The notes under the pieces: generated by a model | Told to the model about the DNA's origin: nothing | What the model saw: the letters and a program-made list of their open reading frames with translations, nothing else | The model's database searches: none | Position numbers and translations under genes: made by a program | Part shown: in pieces, positions 58,504 through 64,000 of the stretch | How positions within the stretch are numbered: position 1 is the first letter of the stretch | Layout: the number at the start of each line of letters is the position of its first letter | Assembly: GCA_937894935.1 (NCBI GenBank) | Contig: CALAYC010000215.1 | Location: forward strand, 1,021-65,020 | Direction: 5' to 3' | DNA: 64,000 bases | Source of the DNA: an uncultured Verrucomicrobiota bacterium | GTDB lineage: Bacteria; Verrucomicrobiota; Verrucomicrobiia; Limisphaerales; JADLHS01

Positions 58504-58669
58504 AAACCCATCGAGTACCAACAGCCAGGCTACAGAGAAGTACCAGGTTTCAAGCTCCAACGCGTGTCAGCGCAGGAGGAATTATTTTGAAGTTTGGTGC
58601 TTGGAATTTCTTTGGATGTTGGAGCTTGGGGCTTGGTTATTTTCCTCGTCCGCTTCTTTTCAATTTTCA

Positions 58670-60475
58670 ATGACGAACATTCCTTTCATTCCTGAATCCG
58701 CTCCGTTCACCGTGGAACAACGCGCGTGGCTCAACGGTTTTCTCGCCGGTCTGTTCTCGCAAGTGCCCGCCGGTGCGCCGACGCCGCAACTGAACATTGC
58801 TCCGCTCAAGCCGCCGGGTGAACCGTTGCTCGTGCTATACGGATCGCAGACGGGCAGCGCGGAAGGACTCGCGAAAAAGGTAGCGAAGGAAGCGGAAGTG
58901 CGCGGATTTGCGCCGAAGCTCGCGGCGTTGAACGATTTTGAATCAGCAGGATTCGTTACGGCGAAAAAGGCGGTCATCATTTCGAGCACGTGGGGCGATG
59001 GCGAACCGCCGGATAATGCAGTGAATTTCTGGAGTTGGCTCAATGGCGATGCCGCGCCGCGGCTGGAGAATTTGAATTTTGCGGTGCTCGGGTTGGGCGA
59101 CCGGAACTATTCCGATTTCTGCGGTGCATCGAAGAAGTTTGATGTGCGATTGGAAGCGCTCGGGGCGAAACGCGTTGTGCCGCGCGGCGAGTGCGATGTG
59201 GATTACGAAGGTCCGGCGAAGGCGTGGATTGATGGACTGTGGGAAAAGCTGAGTGAAGGGAGGGCGGGCAGTCCCCTGTCTGCCGCCGTTGGCAATGGCG
59301 CGAACGGCGCGCATGGAGTGACGCGTCCTACCAGCGAAGCCAACGGCGCTCCGAAAGTTTACGGCAAATCCAATCCTTTCCCCGCAAAGCTGCTCAAGAA
59401 CGTGCTGTTGAACAAGCCCGGCTCGGGCAAGGAAGTGCGCCACTACGAAATTTCACTGACCGGAAGTGGCTTGACGTACGAAGCAGGCGACGCGCTCGGG
59501 GTTGTGCCGGTGAATTGTCCCGAACTGGTGGACGACATCATCACCGCGCTCAAAGCAAATCCCGATGAGAACGTGAAGTTCGGCGACAAGATTGTGTCGT
59601 TGCGCGAGGCGTTGACGCATCACCTGGACGTAACGAAGCCGTCGCAGGAATTGTTGGCGGTCGTGGCGAAAGCGGCGCCGCAAAGTGAGCTTGCGGCGTT
59701 GCTCGGGCCGGAGAAACGTGACGGGTTGAAAAAGTGGTTATGGGGGCGGCACGTGATTGATTTGCTCGAACTGCTGCCGGCGCCGATGCCGGTGACAGAA
59801 TTTATTCCGCTGCTCAAAAAACTGGTACCGCGGCTCTACTCGATTTCCTCGTCGCCCAGAATGCATCCGGGTGAAGTGCATTTGACGGTTGGCGCGGTGC
59901 GTTACGAGAGTCACGGACGTAAACGCAAAGGTGTGGCTTCGACGTTTCTGGCGGATCGCGTCGGTGAGATGGAATTCGTGAAAGTGTTCGTGCAGCCGTC
60001 GCATGGATTCAAACCGCCGGCCAACGGAGATACGCCGATGATTATGGTCGGGCCGGGCACGGGCATCGCGCCGTTTCGCGCGTTTCTGGAAGAACGTCAG
60101 GCGACCGGTGCGAAGGGTAAAAACTGGTTGTTCTTTGGCGATCAGAAGCGCGACACGGATTTTCTTTACGGGGAATTACTCACTGGCTGGCACAAATCGG
60201 GTTTTCTTACGCGGCTGGATTTGGCGTTTTCGCGGGATCAGGAGCAGAAGATTTATGTGCAGGATCGCATGCGGGAAAACGCAACAGAACTGTGGTCGTG
60301 GCTCGAAGCTGGCGCGCACTTTTATGTCTGCGGCGATGCGAGTCGCATGGCGAAGGACGTGGACGCGGCATTACACGCGATTGTGGAAACTGCCGGTGGC
60401 AAGAGTGCCGAAGAGGCGAAAGCATACGTGGCGAAATTGAAAACGGAGAAACGATATCAACGAGATGTGTATTGA
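58670..60475 (+). CDS. CysJ-like diflavin (flavodoxin-FAD-NADPH) reductase
   Basis: 601 aa. It has an FMN domain (LVLYGSQTGSAEG...SSTWGDGEPP), an FNR-like domain (RLYSISSSP, GPGTGIAPFRAF) and the terminal YQRDVY. Confidence 0.85.
   Translation: MTNIPFIPESAPFTVEQRAWLNGFLAGLFSQVPAGAPTPQLNIAPLKPPGEPLLVLYGSQTGSAEGLAKKVAKEAEVRGFAPKLAALNDFESAGFVTAKKAVIISSTWGDGEPPDNAVNFWSWLNGDAAPRLENLNFAVLGLGDRNYSDFCGASKKFDVRLEALGAKRVVPRGECDVDYEGPAKAWIDGLWEKLSEGRAGSPLSAAVGNGANGAHGVTRPTSEANGAPKVYGKSNPFPAKLLKNVLLNKPGSGKEVRHYEISLTGSGLTYEAGDALGVVPVNCPELVDDIITALKANPDENVKFGDKIVSLREALTHHLDVTKPSQELLAVVAKAAPQSELAALLGPEKRDGLKKWLWGRHVIDLLELLPAPMPVTEFIPLLKKLVPRLYSISSSPRMHPGEVHLTVGAVRYESHGRKRKGVASTFLADRVGEMEFVKVFVQPSHGFKPPANGDTPMIMVGPGTGIAPFRAFLEERQATGAKGKNWLFFGDQKRDTDFLYGELLTGWHKSGFLTRLDLAFSRDQEQKIYVQDRMRENATELWSWLEAGAHFYVCGDASRMAKDVDAALHAIVETAGGKSAEEAKAYVAKLKTEKRYQRDVY
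59256..59335. repeat. GC-rich palindrome-containing insert in the FMN-FAD linker of the cysJ-like gene
   Basis: It encodes EGRAGSPLSAAVGNGANGAHGVTRPTSE. It contains the hairpin gcgggcag/ctgccgc and the perfect palindrome gacgcgtc. There is only one copy in this window, so repeat status rests on my memory of similar peptides in related genomes. Confidence 0.35.
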
Positions 60476-60657
60476 TCGAATCACGAATTGCCGAAGTGCG
60501 CGAGGCCGACGGGTAACTCGTTTTGGAATGAGTCGGGAAGCGAAGCGCCACGCCGCTTTCAGTCGCATCGAAGGGGAGATTTCATCAATCAAAGCGGTGT
60601 CGCTGCTGCGCTCTGCCACCGCAGTCCATGACGCCTTGAGTAAAACCAGATCGTGTT

Positions 60658-62463
60658 ATGAGTAACGTGACTTTACCCGAACCGATTGCGAATGCGGGGT
60701 TCACTGCGGAACAGAAGGAATATCTGACCGGATTGTTTGCCGGCGTCGCCGCGCGCGGACAACGATTCAGCGATGTTGAGCCGGTGCCCGTCGCATCGCG
60801 GGAGGAGTTGATTCTCGAAGAGCGCATCAAGCGTGAATTGCATCCGCTCGATGCCTATGGACAAATCGTTGAGAACGCTGCCAACAACAAAGCGCCGGAC
60901 AAAGAGGACATTTTCCGCTTCAAATGGCACGGCTTGTTTTTTTTGACGCCGGTGAAAGATGCATTCATGTCGCGGCTGCGAATTCCCGGCGGCGTGTTGA
61001 AGTCGTATCAACTGCGGGAATTGGCGCACATCGCGCAGCAACTCACCAGTGGTTACGTGCAGATCACCACGCGCGCGAATCTGCAAATTCGTCTGATTCA
61101 ACCGAAGGACGCGCCGGAGTTTTTGCAACGCGTGCAAGCGATCGGAATGCACACGCGTGGCAGTGGCGCGGATAACATTCGTAATCTGACGATGAATCCC
61201 ACGGCAGGCATTGATCCGGTGGAGTTGATTGATGTGCAGCCGTTCGTGCAACAGCTCGCGCAGATCATTGTCAATGATCGGTCGTTTTACGATTTGCCGC
61301 GCAAGTTCAATATTGCGTACGACGGAGGCGGGCTGATCGGTTCAGTCGAGGATACGAACGACATCGGGGTGAAAGCGGTTTTAGTAGCTGAGCCTGATAA
61401 GTCTGACCTCTCACCCTCAATCCCTCGCCCCGTTGAGGAGAGAGGGAAGGGCATAGTGGACGCATCGGGAAATCCAATCGAGCCGGGCGTGTATTTCCGC
61501 ATCGCGTTGGGAGGAGCGACAGGACACAAATCTTTCGCGCGAGACCTGGGCGTGATTGTACCGCCGAGTGAGATTAATAAAGTCGTGGTGGCGATTGTGC
61601 GCGTGTTCATCGAGAAAGGTTGCCGCACGAATCGCAAACGGGCGCGTCTTAAACATCTGCTCGAAACGATGTCGCTGGGGGAATATCTCGCGCTCGTGGA
61701 AAAGAAGTTGGGCAAAACACTTCAGCGTGCCCCGTATGATGTTACGTCGATGCGGTGGGCATCGCAGGAACTGGCACATTCGCATGTCGGCGATTTTCCG
61801 CAGAAGCAAAAGGGTTTCAGTTACGTCGGCGCGACGTGTCCGGTTGGTAACATCACGCCGAAGCAGATGTTGCGCGTGGCCGAGTTGGTGGATTTATACG
61901 GCAGTGGCGAAGTGCGACTGACCGTGTGGCAGAATTTCATCATTCCGAATGTGCCGGATGCGTTTGTGCCGACGTTGAAGCGCGCGTTGGACAAAGCAGG
62001 TTTGCCGACGAAGCAGTCGAATCTGGCGAGCGGCGTTATCGCCTGCACCGGAAATTCTTACTGCAAATTCGCGCAAGCGAATACGAAAGGACACGCGCTG
62101 GAGGTGATTAAACAATTGGAGAAGAAGCTGGAGTTGGATCAGCCGGTGAACATTCATGTCACCGGTTGTCCGAATTCGTGTGCGCAACATTACATGGGCG
62201 ATATCGGGTGTCTCGGTACAAAGACCAAAATTAACGGTGAGGGCGTGGATGCGTATCACGTTTTCGTGGGGGGCGGTTTTGGGAAAAATCAGGCGGTGGG
62301 GCGACAGGTTTTCTCCGGCGTAACGGCGGCGCAATTACCCGGAATAATCGAAACCATGTTGCGTGCATACCTGAAGTATCGCGCGAAGAAATCAGAGACG
62401 TTTCAAGAATTCACCAAACGACACGAAGTCGGACGATTGCAGGAAATGTTCGCGGAGTTTTAA
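60658..62463 (+). CDS. nirA: Sirohaem/[4Fe-4S] nitrite (or sulfite) reductase hemoprotein, NirA-type
   Basis: 601 aa with duplicated NIR/SIR ferredoxin-like and sirohaem-binding halves and a Cys cluster (ACTGNSYCKF...TGCPNSCAQ). The nitrate-cluster context favours nitrite. Confidence 0.8.
   Translation: MSNVTLPEPIANAGFTAEQKEYLTGLFAGVAARGQRFSDVEPVPVASREELILEERIKRELHPLDAYGQIVENAANNKAPDKEDIFRFKWHGLFFLTPVKDAFMSRLRIPGGVLKSYQLRELAHIAQQLTSGYVQITTRANLQIRLIQPKDAPEFLQRVQAIGMHTRGSGADNIRNLTMNPTAGIDPVELIDVQPFVQQLAQIIVNDRSFYDLPRKFNIAYDGGGLIGSVEDTNDIGVKAVLVAEPDKSDLSPSIPRPVEERGKGIVDASGNPIEPGVYFRIALGGATGHKSFARDLGVIVPPSEINKVVVAIVRVFIEKGCRTNRKRARLKHLLETMSLGEYLALVEKKLGKTLQRAPYDVTSMRWASQELAHSHVGDFPQKQKGFSYVGATCPVGNITPKQMLRVAELVDLYGSGEVRLTVWQNFIIPNVPDAFVPTLKRALDKAGLPTKQSNLASGVIACTGNSYCKFAQANTKGHALEVIKQLEKKLELDQPVNIHVTGCPNSCAQHYMGDIGCLGTKTKINGEGVDAYHVFVGGGFGKNQAVGRQVFSGVTAAQLPGIIETMLRAYLKYRAKKSETFQEFTKRHEVGRLQEMFAEF
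61400..61455. repeat. Single-hairpin family A-like element in frame in nirA
   Basis: cctctcaccctcaatccctcgccccgttgaggagagagggaagg has the stem ctctc..ctcaa / ttgag..gagag and shares tccctcgccccg with the miaA copy. It encodes LSPSIPRPVEERGKG. Confidence 0.45.
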
Positions 62464-62561
62464 CGCGCAGAGCAAGGGAGTCCGACGATTCGCAGTTCAG
62501 ATAGTGCCGCGCCAGTTTCCGTCTCGCATGCGGTCTTAATTTCTCGCAGACTGCGCGCGCA

Positions 62562-63632
62562 ATGTCTGACGAGTTGCCGTCCATTCCGCCTTACGATCCC
62601 ACTGCCAAACCGCATAAGCGGCGTCCGCGTTATCGCGGCACGCATCCACGTCGCTTTGAAGAGAAATACAAGGAACTCAATCCCGAGCGTTACGCCGATA
62701 CGGTCGAAAAAGTGAAAGCTGCGGGAAAAACTCCGGCGGGAACGCATCGGTCCATCATGGTGGCCGAGATTCTCGAAGTGCTCGCGCCGCAACCGGGTGA
62801 AATCGCCGTGGACGCGACGTTGGGCTATGGCGGACATGCACGTGAAATTTTGCCGCGGTTATTGCCGGGCGGAAAATTGCTTGGACTGGACGCCGATCCG
62901 ATTGAGTTGCCGAAAACGGAAGCGCGGATGCGCGCGGCGGGTTTTGGAACAGACGTGTTCACGGCGCATCGGACGAATTTCGCCGGATTGCCGCAAGTGC
63001 TCGCGCAGGTTGGTTTGAGCGGTGTGGATGTTATTCTGGCCGACCTCGGTGTGTCCTCGATGCAGATTGACGATCCGGCGCGCGGTTTTTCGGTGAAGCT
63101 CGATGGTCCTCTTGACATGCGGATGAATCCGCAACGCGGTCAATCTGCCGCCCATTTGTTACAACGCATCAGACCGGACGCGTTGGCTGATTTGCTGGTG
63201 GAAAATTCCGATGAACCGCATGCTGCGACTTTGGCGCCGTTGCTCGCGGGGAAAAACTTTGCCACGACGCGAGCACTGGCGGAAGCGATTCGCGTCGCGC
63301 TCCCGCGAACGGCCAAAGATGAAGTTGATTTGGCGGTGCGCCGGGTGTTTCAGGCCTTGCGCATCGCGGTGAATGACGAGTTTTCCGCGCTTGAAACATT
63401 TCTGCGCAATCTGCCGACGTGCCTCAATCCGGGTGGCCGCGTGGCGATTCTGACATTTCATTCCGGTGAAGATCGGCGCGTGAAAAAGGCGTTTGAACAG
63501 GGATTGCGGGATGGCATTTATGCCGAGATGGCGCAGGAAGTCATCCGCCCAACGGCAGCGGAGCGAAATGCGAATCCGCGTTCCACTCCGGCAAAACTGC
63601 GATGGGCAAAACGAAACGACGCAGCGGGGTAA
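62562..63632 (+). CDS. rsmH: 16S rRNA (cytosine1402-N4)-methyltransferase RsmH with a basic ~55 aa N-terminal extension
   Basis: It has HRSIMVAEILEVL, DATLGYGGHA, DLGVSSMQID and LTFHSGEDRRVK motifs. Confidence 0.9.
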   Translation: MSDELPSIPPYDPTAKPHKRRPRYRGTHPRRFEEKYKELNPERYADTVEKVKAAGKTPAGTHRSIMVAEILEVLAPQPGEIAVDATLGYGGHAREILPRLLPGGKLLGLDADPIELPKTEARMRAAGFGTDVFTAHRTNFAGLPQVLAQVGLSGVDVILADLGVSSMQIDDPARGFSVKLDGPLDMRMNPQRGQSAAHLLQRIRPDALADLLVENSDEPHAATLAPLLAGKNFATTRALAEAIRVALPRTAKDEVDLAVRRVFQALRIAVNDEFSALETFLRNLPTCLNPGGRVAILTFHSGEDRRVKKAFEQGLRDGIYAEMAQEVIRPTAAERNANPRSTPAKLRWAKRNDAAG

Positions 63633-63783
63633 GGCCGGTTGAGTGAGTTTGTTTTTCTACACCGATTCGAGGGCAAGCGACAAGAAGCGGAATGAGCGGT
63701 TCAGTTTATCGGTTGTGGATGGCCTTGAGGGCGTTTGACTCGTACGCCGCGCGTTTGCTACCGTTTCCGCTCCTAGGATTGCG

Positions 63784-64000
63784 ATGGAATACAAAGATAC
63801 ACTCAACCTCCCGCGCACGGACTTCGCGATGAAGGCCGATCTTGTGACGCGCGAACCGGAACGCCTCAAGAAATGGGAAGCCGCCAACCTTTACGCGCAG
63901 ATTCTCGCCGCGCGCAAGGATGCCGAGAAATTCGTGCTGCACGACGGTCCACCTTTCGCCAACGGCGACGTTCACATCGGCACAGCGCTGAACAAGATTC
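63784..64000 (+). CDS. ileS: Isoleucyl-tRNA synthetase, N-terminal fragment (continues beyond the window)
   Basis: The ATG at 63784 gives [32 protein letters not shown]...[21 protein letters not shown]. This is the canonical IleRS N-terminus with the HIGH-type motif. It is an open frame to the window edge, so it is absent from the ORF track. Confidence 0.85.
   Translation, partial: MEYKDTLNLPRTDFAMKADLVTREPERLKKWEAANLYAQILAARKDAEKFVLHDGPPFANGDVHIGTALNKI

Noticed and set aside
58670-62463. Reading the CysJ-like and sirohaem hemoprotein pair as a plain CysJI assimilatory sulfite reductase.
   Set aside because: This is not fully excluded. The immediate context (nrtABCD, NasA-type reductase, no cys genes) favours nitrite. 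Phylogeny of the hemoprotein is needed to decide.

Overview
High-GC bacterial chromosomal window. Gene content and the recurring repeat-encoded peptides suggest a PVC-superphylum, Verrucomicrobiota-like organism; this is inference only. I support about 50 protein-coding genes. I recognised no rRNA, tRNA, CRISPR array, transposase or integrase. 0-32 kb holds mostly housekeeping and envelope or quality-control genes: hflX, a tricorn-like protease, miaA, lgt, an HpnH-family radical SAM enzyme, a LysR-linked NitT/TauT ABC importer, TAT-signal Gfo/Idh/MocA, sugar-isomerase and ThuA sets, hsp20-lon, a rhomboid, ilvN-ilvC, and a Deg9-like protease/pseudoprotease pair. 32-41 kb holds a 1078-aa double ABC-2 permease fusion and a 1532-aa PL11-lyase/PATR surface protein. 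40.8-62.5 kb is a ~22 kb nitrate-assimilation island. It contains two tandem LysR regulators, a leaderless NrtA-like protein, nrtABCD, a NasA-type molybdoenzyme, a CysJ-like diflavin reductase and NirA. Its wiring is atypical and is the main candidate for an undescribed system. (i) Chained to nrtD by 1-4 nt junctions is the NirB reductase half fused to a ferric-reductase-like bis-His (2 x H-x13-H) membrane domain, then an 11-haem membrane-anchored cytochrome c and a DUF3365 haem lipoprotein; a globin and an OM porin follow after 36-40 nt gaps. (ii) NasA has no TAT signal and is translationally coupled to a DmsB::DmsC-like FeS/membrane-anchor fusion. (iii) The CysJ-like reductase and NirA share an N-terminal motif. 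A second recurring theme is short GC-rich palindromic elements (at least two sequence families with several copies in the window) that sit in frame inside miaA, nasA (twice) and nirA, plus a single-copy palindrome-rich insert in the cysJ-like gene. This resembles what is known for Rickettsia palindromic elements. All functional calls come from reading motifs by eye; no database search was possible.
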